This document shows positions 25,411-38,438 of a DNA stretch of 64,000 nucleotides, in pieces; position 1 is the first letter of the stretch, and every line of letters starts with the position of its first letter. The notes beneath the pieces were generated by a model. It made no database searches. It saw only the letters and a list, made by a program, of their open reading frames with translations, and had not been told where the DNA came from. The stretch lies in assembly GCA_030390025.1 (NCBI GenBank), contig JASTWF010000037.1, positions 62,001 through 126,000 on the forward strand. The letters run 5' to 3'. The translations under genes were made by a program, and so were the position numbers. The stretch comes from Squalus acanthias (lineage: Eukaryota).

Positions 25411-25739
25411 GTAGTGCCACTCCAGAGACTTGAGCAAACAATCGAGGCTGACACAGGCGAGGTCTCCCCGGTGTCCAGGGGCCAATATTTATCCCTCAAC
25501 CAACATCACCAAAACAGATTATCTGGTCATTTATCTCATTGTTGTTTGCGGGAGCTTGCTGTGCGCAAATTGGCTGCCGTGTTTTCCACATTACAACAGT
25601 GATTACAACGTCAGAAGTGCTTCATTGGCTGTAAAGCGCTTCAGGACATCCTGAGGTCATGAAAGGCTCTGTATAAAGGCAAGTCTTTCCTTTTACTAAA
25701 CCAAGAAGGTCTCTGGTTTGATCTCCCATCCATGCCTTC

Positions 25740-26230
25740 AGTTCTGGCCCCTTGCTCTCTGTCACCTCCTCCAGTCCTACAACCCTCCGAGATCTCTGCG
25801 CTCCTCCAATTCTGGCCTCTTGCTCTCTGTCACCTCCTCCAGTCCTACAACCCTCCGAGATCTCTGCGCTCCTCCAATTCTGGCCTCTTGCTCTCTGTCA
25901 CCTCCTCCAGCCGTACAACCCTCCGAGATCTCTGCTCTCCTCCAATTCTGGCCTCTTGTGCCTCCCCCCCGATTTCCATCGCTCCACCATTGGCGGCCGT
26001 GCCTTCAGCTGCCTAGGCCCTAAGCTCTGGAATTCCCGCCCTAAACCTTTTCGCCTCTCTCTCCTCTAAGATGCTCCTTAAAAATCTACCTCTTTGACCA
26101 AGCTTTTGGTCGCCTGTCCTAATACCTTATTATTTGGCTCGGTGTCAAATATTGTTTGATAACGCTGCTGTGAAACGCCCTGGGGGCCTTTTACTATGTT
26201 AAAGGCACTAGCTAAATGCAAGTTGTTGAT
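25740..26230 (+). mobile_element. L2 3' fragment with a triplicated 68-bp segment
   Basis: CTCTCTGTCACCTCC recurs at 25755, 25823 and 25891. Confidence 0.85.
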
Positions 26231-26259
26231 GTTGAGCTGATGTCAACTAGGACAGAGGC

Positions 26260-27243
26260 ATAGAAACGTAGAAGATAGGAGCAGGAGTAGTCCATTCGGC
26301 CCCTCGAGCCTGCTCCGCCATTTAATGAGATCATGGCTGATCATCCAAATTCAGTACCCTGTCCCTACTTTCTCCCCATATCCCTTGATCCCTTTAGCCT
26401 TAAGAAATATATCTATCTCCTTCTTGAATATATTTAATGAATTGGCCTCAACTGCCTTCTGTGGTGGAGAATTCCACAGGTTCACCACTCTCTGGGTGAA
26501 GAAATTCCTCCTCATCTCAGTCCTAAATGGCTTACCCCTTATCCTTAGACTGTGACCCCTGGTTCTGGACTCCCCCGCCATCGGGAACATCCTTCCTGCA
26601 TCTAGTCTGTCTAGTCCTGTTAGAATTTTATAAGTTTCAATGAGATCCCCTCTCATTCTTTGAAACTCTAGCGAATATAAGCCTAATCGACCCAATCTCT
26701 CTTCATATGTCATTCCTGCCATCCCAGGTATCAGTCTGGTGAATCTTCGCTGAACTCCCTCCATGGCAAGAACATCCTTCCTCAGATATGGCGACCAAAA
26801 CTGCACACAATACTCAAGGTGTGGTCTCACCAAGGCCTTGTACAACTGCAGCAAGACATCCTTGCTCCTGTACTCGAATCCTCTCGCTATGAAGGCCAAC
26901 ATACCATTTGCCTTCTTAACCGCCTGCTGCACCTGCATGCTTACCTTCAGTGACTGGTGCACAAGGACTCCCAGATCTCGTTGCACTTCCCCTTTTCCCA
27001 ATCTATTGCCTTTCAGATAATAATCTGCCTTCCTGTTTTTGCCACCAAAGTGGATAACCTCGCATTTATCCACATTATACTGCATCTGCCATGCATCTGC
27101 CCAATCACCCAACCTGTCCAAATCATACTGGAGTTTCTCTGCATCCTCCTCACAGCACACACGCCCACCCAGCTTTGTGTCATCTGCAAACTTAGAGATA
27201 TTACATCCAATACCCTTGTCTAGATCATTAATATATATTGTGA
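26260..27243 (-). mobile_element. CR1 LINE fragment with open RT C-terminal ORF
   Basis: TIYINDLD..KFADDTK through to the stop codon and tail. Confidence 0.95.
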
Positions 27244-27857
27244 GGCAGAGTGTTACAATCGACCACAGGGTCCGGGGCCGTGGAGGCAGACGGTCGCTCT
27301 CTTGATTGGGGTACCAGCTGCCATTAGACCTGTATCCCAATGTCAGTTAGGACCCCCAAAACCGTCTTCGGCCCAGAGAGGTGTGTTTGAAGCCTCTACC
27401 CGACGTTGCTGCCGTTTTGCCGCAGGCTACCAATGCTGCTGGACGTTCTGAGAGTCCATGGCCCAGATCTTCCACTGGGCAGAACTGAAGCAGGGCAAGG
27501 GGCTTCCACCCGCCACTCTGGGCTCGGCCTCAATCCCTGTCCAAAATCCCCAGGCTGGGCTCACTGACATTAGGGGGGGTGGGGGGGAGGGGGGGGCAAG
27601 GGCACCATTTACAATACAACCTGGGCCGTGGCCCCACTCAGGGCCAGGACTATCAGGGGGGTGGTGGGGGGAGGGAGGAGGTGGCTCCTTGCCCTGACAT
27701 TGGGGAGGCTGGTTGTACCAGCCTAAGGTCTGATGTTGCTGTTTGGAAACTGGCATTCGGCCTGAGAATTGGCCAGGCCTCGGACCAATCCCATCGGCCA
27801 AGTGCGTGGCTCACACTGGCTCCCTCCCGGCCGACAGAGGTGGTCACACAAAAATCT

Positions 27858-29126
27858 CTCCCATTGTTCAGAATCCAAATGGACCAAACCCATTCCCATT
27901 CACTCCCATTGCATAAAATCGCAATGGACCAAACCCCTTCCCATTCACTCCCACTATACAGAATCCCAATGGACCAAACCCCTTCCCATTCACTCCCATT
28001 GTATAGAATCCCAATGGACCAGACCTCTTCCCATTCACTCCCATTGTACAGAATCCCAATGGACCAAACCCCTTCCCATTCTCTCCCATTGTATAGAATC
28101 CCAATGGACCAAACCCCTTCCCATTCTCTCCCATTGTATAGAATCCCAATGGACCAAACCCCTTCCCATTCACTCCCATTGTACAGAATCCCAATGGACC
28201 AAACTCCTTCCCATTCACTCCCATTGTACAGAATCCCAATGGACCAAACTCCTTCCCATTCTCTCCCATTGTACAGAATCTCAATGGACCAAATCTCTTC
28301 CCATTCACTCCCACTGTACAGAATCCCAATGGACCGAACCCCTTCCCATTCACTCCCATTGTACAGAATCTCAATGGACCAAACCCCTTCCCATTCACTC
28401 CCACTGTACAGAATCCCAATGGACCAAACCCCTTCCCATTCACTCCCACTGTACAGAATCCCAATGGACCAAACCCCTTCCCATTCACTCCCATTGTACA
28501 GAATCCCAATGGACCAAACCCCTTCCCATTCACTCCCATTGTATAGAATCCCAATGGACCAAACCCCTTCCCATTCACTCCCTTCATTTAGAATCCCAAT
28601 GGACCAAACCTCGTCCCATTCACTCCCATTGTATAGAATCCCAATGGACCAAACCCCTTCCCATTCACTCCCATTGTATAGAATCCCAATGGACCAAACC
28701 CCTTCCCATTCACTCCCATTGTATAGAATCCCAATGGACCAAACCCCTTCCCATTCACTCCCATTGTATAGAATCCCAATGGACCAAACCCCTTCCCATT
28801 CACTCCCTTCATTTAGAATCCCAATGGACCAAACCCCTTCCCATTCACTCCCACTGTACAGAATCCCAATGGATCAAACTCCTTCCCATTCACTCCCATT
28901 GTACAGAATCCCAATGGATCAAACTCCTTCCCATTCACTCCCACTGTATAGAATCCCAATGGACCAAACCCCTTCCCATTCACTCCCACTGTACAGAATC
29001 CCAATGGATCAAACTCCTTCCCATTCTCTCCCATTGTACAGAATCCCAATGGAGCAAACCCCTTCCCATTCTCTCCCATTGTACAGAATCCCAATGGAGC
29101 AAACCCCTTCCCATTCACTCCCATTG
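27858..29126. repeat. 45-bp minisatellite, about 28 units
   Basis: Unit GAATCCCAATGGACCAAACCCCTTCCCATTCACTCCCATTGTATA. Confidence 0.97.
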
Positions 29127-29722
29127 ATAGAATCCCTGCACCAGGTACAAGGTGTGACTAATTATTTAGTGTTTAATGTTGGGGTCATTGAACGTAATTT
29201 CACCCCCTGCCTTGTTCAGTGCAGAAAGGAGTAAATCATTTCGACGTCTGATTAATTTGGGGTAAAATGTCTGCCTGTTGCTCACAGCTTTGCCTCACTG
29301 TTTGAACGATTAACTGGGCCATGGGATGGAGATTTGCTTGTTATCTGAAGCTGAATGTATCAAAGCGACAGAGTTCTTGTCAAATCTGCTGCAGCCTTGA
29401 TCAGGCCCCCCACTGTTTCAGCGCCCTCCTGTCCTGTATTTCCACCTTTGATTTCCCCTGGAGTCCTTTACTCTCACGTGGAGAGGAGGGATGTTCCAGG
29501 TGATGCCCCAGTCCAAGCGGCAGTCATTGGCTCTCTCTGTTTGGATGCTGTAGTGGGATAAGTTGACAGTGGTGTGTCTCTCTGTGTATAACTGTGTACG
29601 TGTGCCTGTGTATATTTGTGCAGTTATGTGTACAAACGTGATATGTATTTGTGTGTGTATGTAATATGTATGTGGGTGTGTCTGTATATCTGATGTGTGT
29701 GCCTATCTGTTATCTATATGTG

Positions 29723-30190
29723 TGTCAGCTGTGGCTCAGTCGGTCGCACTCTCTCGCCTCCAAATCAGAAAGTCGTGGGTTCCAGTCCCACTCCAGAGAC
29801 TTGAACACAAAATCTCAGCTGACACTCCCAGTGCCAGTACTGAAGGAGCGCTGCACTGTCGGAGGTGCCGTCTTTCGGATGAGACGTTAAACCGAGGCCC
29901 CGTCAGCTCCCTCATGTAAAAGATCCCACGGCCACTATTTGGAAGAAGAGCAGGGGAGTTCTCCCCGGTGTTCTGGCTAATATTTACCCATCAAGCAACA
30001 TCACTAAAACAACAGATTTTTGTCTGGTCATTGTCACATTGCTGTTTGTGGGAGCTTGCTGTGCGCAAATTGGATGCTGCATTTCCTACATTACAACAGT
30101 GACCACACTTCAGAAAGTACTTCATTGGCTGTAAAGTGCTTTGGGATGTCCTGAGGTCATGAAAGGCGCTAGATAAATGCAATTCTTTCT
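29723..30190 (+). mobile_element. SacSINE1-like SINE, full length
   Basis: Head GTCAGCTGTGGCTCAG, body and tail. Confidence 0.85.
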
Positions 30191-30262
30191 TTTATATGTG
30201 AGATATGTATATGTGTCTATGTGTACCTCTTGGTGTATGTGATATATATGAGTTAGTCTGTA

Positions 30263-31210
30263 TATGTCCCTCACCGAAGCGTACGAGAGCATGGGCCTTA
30301 CACTAAACATTCGTAAGACAAAGGTCCTCTACCAACCTGCCCCCGCCACACAGTACTGCCCCCCGATTATCAAAATCCACGACAAGGCCTTGGACAACGT
30401 GGACCATTTTCCATACCTCGGGAGCCTACTGTCAACAAGGGCAGACGTCGATGACGAAGTCCAACACTGCCTTCAGTGTGCCAGTGCAGCCTTCGGTCGC
30501 CTGAGGAAGAGAGTGTTTGAAGACCAGGATCTCAAACCCGGCACTGAGCTCATGGTCTACAGAGCAGCAGTGATACCCGCCCTCCTGTATGCTTCAGAGA
30601 CATGGACCATGTACAGCAGGCACCTCAAAGCACTGGAGAGGTACCACCAACGCTGCCTCCGCAAGATCCTGCAAATCCATTGGCAGGATAGGCGCACCAA
30701 CGTCAGTGTTTACGCTCAGGCCAACATTCCCAGCATCAAAACTTTGACCACGCTCAATCAGCTCCGATGGACGGGTCACATCGTCCGCATGCCCGATACG
30801 AGACTCCCAAAACAAGTGCTCTACTCGGAGCTCTGACACGGCAAGAGAGCCCCAGGTGGGCAGAGGAAACGTTTCAACGACACCCTCAAAGCCTCCTTGA
30901 AAAAGTGCAACATCCCCACCGACACCTGGGAATCCCTGGCCCAAGACCGCACAAAGTGGAGGAGAAGCATCCGGGAAGGCGCCGAACACCTCGAGCCTCT
31001 TCGCCGGGAGCAAGTGGAAGCCCAACGCAAACAGCGGAAGGCGCGCACGTCAACCCAAGCACCCCACACCCACCCGCCCCTTCAACCACCGTCTGCCCCG
31101 CCTGTGACAGAGACTGTAGATCCCGCACTGGACTCATGAGTCACCTGAGAACTCATTTTTAATGTGGAAGCAAGTCATCCTCGGTTCCGAGGGACTGCCT
31201 AAGAGAAGAG
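30263..31210 (+). mobile_element. RTE-clade (BovB-like) LINE 3' fragment, disrupted
   Basis: GLTLNIRKTKVL, FPYLGS, LLYASETW, QLRWTGHIVRM; premature stop at ~30836; same 3' end as the 7230 copy. Confidence 0.92.
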
Positions 31211-31389
31211 GACACACACGTGTGTGTATATCTGTGTGTGTGATGTTTTTTCCTATCATCAACTGTCAGTTATATGTTCCTATTTGGTGTTCATCACATG
31301 GGAGGGATGTCAGTACTAGAGATTGGAACACTTTCCATTACAGGCACCCAGTGTCAGGTACAGAAAGTGAGAGATAAAAAGGAAAAAGG

Positions 31390-31900
31390 CAGACTTGCAG
31401 CTCTATTATGCCTTTTACCTCAACGCTATGCAGCCAATGAAGTACTTTTTTGAAGTGCAGTCGTTGTTGTAATGTAGGAAACGCGGCAGCCAATTTGCGC
31501 ACAGCAAGCTCCCACAAACAGCAATGTGATAATGACCAGATCATCTGTTTTAGTGATGATGATTGAGGGATGAATATCAGCCAGGACTTCGAAATAGTGT
31601 CGTGGGATCTTTTAAGTCCACCTGAGACAGCTGACGGGGCCTCGGTTTAACGTCTCAGCCGAAAGACAGCACCTCCGACAGTGCAGCACTCCCTCAGCAC
31701 TGCACTGGAGTGTCAGCCTAGATTTATGTGCTCCAGTCTCTGGAGTGGGACATAAACCCACAACCGACTGATTCAGAAGTGAGAGAGCTGCACTGAGAGT
31801 GTCGGCCCAGATTATGTGCTCAAGTCTTTGGAGTTGGGCTTGAACCCACGACCTTCTGACTCAGAGGTGAGAGTGCTACCCACTGATCCATGGCTGACAC
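31390..31900 (-). mobile_element. SacSINE1-like SINE with a duplicated head segment
   Basis: The segment at ~31705-31790 recurs at ~31795-31880. Confidence 0.8.
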
Positions 31901-33156
31901 AGATACAGGGTAAAGCTCCCTCTACCCTGTCCCATCAAACACTCCCAGGGCAGGTACAGCACGGGGTTAGATACAGAGTAAAGCTCCCTCTACACTGTCC
32001 CATCAAACACTCCCAGGGCAGGTACAGCACGGTTTCGATACAGAGTAAAGCTCCCTCTACCCTGTCCCATCAAACACTCCCAGGGCAGGTACAGCATGGA
32101 TTAGATACAGAGTAAAGCTCCCTCTACCCTGTCCCATCAAACACTCCCAGGGCAGGTACAGCACGGGGTTAGATACAGAGTAAAGCTCCCTCTACACTGT
32201 CCCACAAACACTCCCAGGGCAGGTACAGCACGGGTTAGATACAGAGTAAAACTCCCTCTACCCTGTCCCATCAAACACTCCCAGGGCAGGTACAGCACGG
32301 GTTAGATACAAAGTAAAACTCCCTCTACACTGTCCCATCAAACACTCCCAGGGCAGGTACAGCACGGGGTTAGATACAGAGTAAAACTCCCTCTACACTG
32401 TCCCATCAAACACTCCCAGGGCAGGTACAGCACGGGTTAGATACAGAGCAAAGCTCCCTCTACACTGTCCCATCAAACACTCCCAGGGCAGGTACAGCAC
32501 GGGTTAGATACAGAGTAAAGCTCCCTCTACACTGTCCCATCAAACACATCCAGGGCAGGTACAGCACGGGTTAGATACAGAGTAAAGCTCCCTCTGCACT
32601 GTCCCATCAAACACTCCCAGGGCAGGTACAGCACGGGTTAGATACAGAGCAAAGCTCCCTCTACACTGTCCCATCAAACACTCCCAGGGCAGGTACAGCA
32701 CGGGTTAGATACAGAGTAAAGCTCCCTCTACACTGTCCCATCAAACACATCCAGGGCAGGTACAGCACGGGTTAGATACAGAGTAAAGCTCCCTCTACAC
32801 TGTCCCATCAAACACTCCCAGGGCAGGTACAGCACGGGTTAGATACAGAGTAAAGCTCCCTCTACACTGTCCCATCAAACACTCCCAGGGCAGGTACAGC
32901 ACGGGTTAGATACAGAGTAAAGCTCCCTCTACACTGTCCCATCAAACACTCCCAGGGCAGGTACAGCATGGGTTAGATACAGAGTAAAGCTCCCTCTACA
33001 CTGTCCCATCAAACACTCCCAGGGCAGGTACAGCATGGGTTAGATACAGAGTAAAGCTCCCTCTACACTGTCCCATCAAACACTCCCAGGGCAGGTACAG
33101 CATGGGTTAGATACAGAGTAAAGCTCCCTCTACACTGTCCCATCAAACACTCCCAG
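31901..33156. repeat. 67-bp satellite array, about 19 units
   Basis: Unit GGGTTAGATACAGAGTAAAGCTCCCTCTACACTGTCCCATCAAACACTCCCAGGGCAGGTACAGCAC. Confidence 0.97.
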
Positions 33157-33434
33157 TGACTGTACAATTGCACCCAACAAGAGTCGGCACCTTCAGGAGC
33201 AAAAGGGGAGAAAATCGAGTAGCTAAAACCGTACTGTGCTGCGAACATACCTTTGCCCCTCCCCAACAGGGCCCAGGGCTGAAACCTTTACTTTGGAAAC
33301 ATTCCACAGATTGTCCTCATTCCTTTGGGCTGTATAACAGCAGGAGTGTCGTGTTGACCCTCTACCTTCAGTTACACCATGACATTCCAGCCCTGTGCAG
33401 GTGAGATGACAGATGAGCACTAACATGACTGCAA

Positions 33435-33800
33435 TCATAGAATGATACAGCACAGAAGGAGGCCTGTCGTGCCTGTGCCGGCTCTTTGAAAGAGCTCTCC
33501 AATTAGTCCCACTCCCCTCCTGCTCTTTCCCCACAGCCCTGCAAATTTTTCCTTTTCAAGTATTTATCCAATTCCCTTTTGAAAGTTACTGTTGACTCTG
33601 CTTCCACCGCCCTTTCAGGCAGCGCTTTCCAGATCACAACAACTCGCTGCATAAAAAAAAATTCTCATCTCCCCCCCTCTGGTTCTTTTGTCACTTATCT
33701 TAAATCTGTGTCCTCTGGTTACCGACCCTCCTGCCACTGGAAACAGTTTCCCCTTAACCACTCTAATCAAAACCCCTCTTGATTTTGAACACCTCCACTT
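33435..33800 (-). mobile_element. CR1 3' fragment
   Basis: Same family as 4025-4515. Confidence 0.85.
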
Positions 33801-34419
33801 AACCTCACGGTAGCCCCCGGGTAATCAAGGGATATGGAGCCAAGGCGGGTGGATGGAGTTGAGGTACAGATCAGCCATGATCTCATTAAATGGCGGAACA
33901 GGCTCGAGGGGCTGAAGGGCCTCCTCCTGTTGCAAAAGAAGACGCAGCTCTCTGCGTCTGCCTCCCCGTTGGACTCAGAGCCTGAGAAGACAGGGGTTTA
34001 GCAGGGTCACTGCCAATAATGGGGGGGGGGGGGGGGTGCGGGAAGCTGCAGGAATGGGTTGGCGGGTACAGCCAACTGGGTAGCGCTACCCTCCGTCCAC
34101 CTGCCACGCCTCCTTCCGTGCCGCGTCACGCTGTGACGGGTTCTTCTGACAAACCGTCCACCAACCTTTCACCTGATGTTATTTTGCCTCCCTCTTCCTT
34201 CTCTCCTCTCCACCTTGCTTAAAAGTGGAATTTCCCTCCCTCTCCCCCCAAGCAGCGCTCAAAGGGACCATGTTCCTTTAAATGGCGCGCACACACTCCA
34301 CAGATTGCCAAAACCCAACCACCCATTTCGCCGGTTCCCTCCCAACAGACCTAATCTGCGCTCGGAGCTCTGGATAATTTCGTAATGGTGGATATCCATA
34401 TCCACTCCCATCGGCGGGA

Positions 34420-36195
34420 CCACCTACTTCTACCTCCGTAACATCGCCTGTCTCCGCCCCTGCCTCAGCTCACCCGCTGCTGAAACCCTCGTCTGTGCCT
34501 TTGTCCCCTCCAGACTCGACTATTCCGACGCTCCCCTGGCTGCCCTCCCAACTTCCACCCTTTGTAAACTTGAGCTCCTCCAAAACTCTGCTGCCCCGTA
34601 TCCGAACTCGCACCAAGACCCGTTCACCCTTCACAGACGGTAAGAGCCCATGGGATCCAGGGCAATTTGGCACATTGGATCCAAAATTGGCTTCGTGGCA
34701 GGAGGCAGAGGGTGATGGTCGAAGATTGTTTTTGTGACTGGAAGCCTGTGTCCAGTGGTGTACCGCAGGGATTGGTGCTGGGTCCTTTGCTGTTTGTAGC
34801 GTGCATTAATGATTTAGATATGAATGTAGGAGGTATGATCAGTAAGTTCGCAGATGACACGAAAATTGGTGGAGTGGCAAAAACGAGGAGGGAAGCCTCA
34901 GGCTGCAGGACGATATAGACGGGTTGGTCAGATGGGCAGAACAGTGGCAAATGGAATTTAACCCTGAAAAGTGTGAGGTGATGCATTTTGGGAGGACTAA
35001 CAAGGCAAAGGAATACACAATGAATGGTAGGACCCGAGGAAGGACAGAGGATCAGAGGGACCTTGGTGTGCATGTACATAGATCCCTGAAGGCAGCAGGA
35101 CAGGTAGACTAAGGTGGTTAAAAAGGCATATGGGATACTTGCCTTCATTAGCCGAGGCATAGAATATAAGAGCAGGGAGGTTATGATGGAGCTGTACAAA
35201 ACGCTAGTTAGGCCACAGCTAGAATACTGTGTGCAGTTCTGGTCGCCACACTATAGGAGGGATGTGATTGCATTGGAGAGGGTGCAGAGGAGATTCACCA
35301 GGATGTTACCTGGGCTGGAGCGATTCAGCTATGAAGAGAGACTGGACAGGCTGGGGTTGTTTTCCTTCGAGCAGAGAAGGCTGAGGGGGGGACGGGACCT
35401 GATTGAGGTGTACAAAATTATGAGGGGCATAGATAGGGTAGATAGAAAGGAACTTTTCCCCTTAGTAGAGGGGTCAATATCCAGGGGACATAGTTTCAAG
35501 GTAAGGGGCAGGAGGTTGAGGGGATTTGAGGAAAAACTTTTTCACCCAGAGGGTGGTTGGAATCTGGAACTCACTGCCTGAAAGGGTGGTAGAGGCAGGA
35601 ACCCTCAACATTCAAGAAGCATTTAGATGAGCACTTGAAACGCCGTAGCATACAAGGCTATGGACCAAGTGCTGGAAAATGGGATTAGAATAGACAGGGC
35701 TTGATGGCCGGCACGGACAGGATGGGCCGAAGGGCCTCTTTCTGTGCTGTATAACTCTATGACCCCCCCCTGTGCTCGCTGACCTACATTGGCTCCCGGT
35801 CTGGCAAGGCCTCGATTTTAAAATTCTCACCTCGTGTTCAGATCCCTCTACGGCCTCGCCCCTCTCTATCTCTGCAACCTCCTCCAGCCCGACAACCCCT
35901 CCGAGATCTCTGCGCTCCTCCAATTCTGGCCTCTTGCGCATCCTCGATTTCCATCGCCCCACCGTTGCCGGCCGTGCCTTCAGCTGCCGAGGTCCTAAGC
36001 TCTGGAATTCCCTCCCTAAACCTCTCCGCCTCTCCCTCCGGCTTTAAGATGCTCTTTAAAATTAACCTCCTTGACCAAGCTTACTTGTCCTAATATCTCC
36101 TGATGTGACTCGGTGTCAATGTTTGTCTGCTAACGCTCCTGTGAAGCGCCTTGGGACGTTTTACTATGTTAAAGGCGCTATAGAAAAGCGAGTTG
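34420..36195 (+). mobile_element. L2 fragment interrupted by a CR1
   Basis: L2 stops at ...CCCGTTCACCCTTCAC (~34634) and resumes at CCCTGTGCTCGCTGACC (~35768). Confidence 0.85.
34636..35762 (+). mobile_element. CR1 (HER1-like) RT fragment with frameshifts
   Basis: GVPQGLVLGP, KFADDTK and RPQLEYCVQFWSP spread over three ORF pieces. Confidence 0.93.
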
Positions 36196-36427
36196 TTAAT
36201 ATTTTCCGGTTCAGTTTTCTGGGGACGCAAGAGTGCCTTTCGGGAAATCGGGTTTTCACGTGATTGGAAAATTATGGGCTGGCGGCGTGCATTACCCTGA
36301 CCACGGCCTCCTGGCAGTATAAGCGAGCCGGCCCCAGGAAAATGGATGCCGTGAGCACATGACACTTCCGGCCAGGGCCATATTCCACCACGGCACGGAA
36401 CTTCAGCCCCGAAATAACACTCGGATC

Positions 36428-36572
36428 GGGTAGATTTTCAACTTCCCCCCCCCCCGGGCATTGCGGATTGGCGGCCCGAGGGAATCTCTGGAGATTAAAA
36501 GCAGGCTGTGTCTGTAACAGGCGTATCCGAGTCACCTGTTTTACCCCCAGCCCGCAAGCTGAAAATCTACCC
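36428..36572. mobile_element. Short MITE-like element with 17-bp terminal inverted repeats
   Basis: GGGTAGATTTTCAACTT ... AAGCTGAAAATCTACCC (16/17 complementary). Confidence 0.6.
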
Positions 36573-36660
36573 CGGAGAGCCCATGGGACGGCATGTGTGG
36601 GACCTGACACCGATTCAACACAGATCAATTAGCGAGCTACTTCCTAACTGGAGAAGAGGC

Positions 36661-37265
36661 ACGGGACAGTGTAGAGCGAGCTTTACTCTGTATCTAACCC
36701 CGTGCTGTACCTGCCCTGGGAGTGTTTGATGGGGCAGTGTAGAGGGAGCTTTACTCTGTATCGAACCCCGTGCTGTACCTGCCCTGGGAGTGTTTGATGG
36801 GACAGTGTAGAGGGAGCTTTACTCTGTATCTAACCCGTGTTGTACCTGCCCTGGGAGTGTTTGATGGGACAATGTAGAGGGAGCTTTACTCTGTATTGAA
36901 CCCCGTGCTGTACCTGCCCTGGGAGTGTTTGATGGGACAGTGTAGAGGGAGCTTTACTCTGTATCTAACCCGTGTTGTACCTGCCCTGGGAGTGTTTGAT
37001 GGGACAGTGTAGAGGGAGCTTTACTCTGTATCTAACCCGTGTTGTACCTGCCCTGGGAGTGTTTGATGGGACAGTGTAGAGGGAGCTTTACTCTGTATCT
37101 AACCCGTGTTGTACCTGCCCTGGGAGTGTGTGATGGGACAGTGTAGAGGGAGCTTTACTCTGTATCTAACCCGTGCTGGTGCTGCCCTGGGAGTGTTTGA
37201 CGGGACAGTGTCGAGGGAGCTTTACTCTGTATCTAACCCGTGCTGGTGCAGCCCTGGGAGTGTGT
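36661..37265. repeat. 67-bp satellite array, about 9 units, inverted relative to 31901-33156
   Basis: Reverse complement of the same unit. Confidence 0.95.
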
Positions 37266-38093
37266 GAAATTGGCTGTTGGGTGCCCACAGCGGAAGGTGT
37301 TTAGACCCTGATGAGCACTATAAAGAAAAACTAATGGTGCAAAGCCCTGTTGCTGCTTGAGGCTGGCGTTAGTCGAGCGACAGCAGCTGTGGGCTCGGTG
37401 CCGAGTCACACATTAACAGCTGTCGTTTCCATAGACTGTAAAGGTTACAGGAGCCGAGTCTCCCTTCTCGTTGAGTGCCCTGCGTGGCTGAAATGTCTCT
37501 CGCTGTCGTTCTGACCCAGCCCGCCGTTTGATTAAAAAAAAAAGTTTAAACTATTTAAAGGCTTGAACTTAAAAATAACGGCCAGCCGAAAGAGGCTCAT
37601 TTAGTGTCCAACGTTTATCTTTATGTCAATTTTCGACGGACATTTGACCAGCCCCTTGCTGCCAAAGTCCCAAGGGGTGCATGTTTCGGGGTGGGGGGGG
37701 GGGGGGGGGGGGGGGGGGCGGGGACGCTGTTATTGCAGATTGATTAAAGAAAAACGGCCTCCCCATATCTATTTCTCTTTCCTTCCCTGCTCCCCTAACC
37801 CCCGCCCCGAATCCGCTAACCTGCACTGTGAGTCCCTCTCTCCCCCAGGTGGCCATTCTTTGCGTGAGTCCAGAGAGCCAGGCTGTGCGACTCGAGTTGG
37901 CTTCGCTGCTCCGTCCGATTTCCCCCTCCACCACCCCGCACCGCCTCCCTCGCCCGATCTCCGCGGGCTTTCCGACAAGGCTAACAGCAGCAACTCGCAT
38001 TCATTTAACGTAGTAAAACGCCCCGAGACTCCTCACAGGCACGTAAGCAGCAGACAAATACTTGACACCGAGCCACGTCAGGAGATATTATGA

Positions 38094-38438
38094 TGCGGAG
38101 ATGCCGGTGTTGGACTGGGGTGGACAAAAGTGAGAAGTCGTACAACACCAGGTTATAGTCCAACAGTTTTATTTGAAATCACAAGCTTTCGGAGCGCTGC
38201 TCCATCGTCAGGTGAAGTGAAGAAATACAAATGGGCACAGCATATATAGACAGAGAACAATGCCTGTGCAGAGAACAATGCCAGACGACTACAGTAAATC
38301 TTTCTGACTGCCTTTCATCACACCTCGGCAGAGAGACAGTCAGGCCAGTCAGGAAGGCATTATATCAAAGACATAGCAAGATACAACTAAGACAATGAGG
38401 TGGGGTCACAGGGGGTCTAATGTGTCAGATGCAGTCTG
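38094..38438 (-). mobile_element. Penelope-like retroelement terminal fragment (family A)
   Basis: Homologous to 10884-11087; TATTATGA duplicated at 38086-38093 and 38439-38446. Confidence 0.7.
38179..38215 (-). ncRNA. Minimal type I hammerhead ribozyme motif
   Basis: UCAC-CUGACGA-U-GGAG(CAGCG)CUCC-GAAA-GC-UU-GUGA. Confidence 0.75.

Noticed and set aside
27579..29234. 551-aa ORF with YRIPMDQTPSHSLPL repeats
   Set aside because: A 45-bp satellite; its relative at 21.2 kb has a 34-bp unit that breaks frame, which argues against coding constraint.
31901..33156. Regular arrays resembling CRISPR
   Set aside because: Head-to-tail units with no unique spacers, no cas genes, vertebrate DNA.
37270..37350. 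CUGAUGA followed by a stem GCACUAU/AUGGUGC, hammerhead-like
   Set aside because: The G of GAAA is missing and no valid cleavage triplet with stems I and III could be built.
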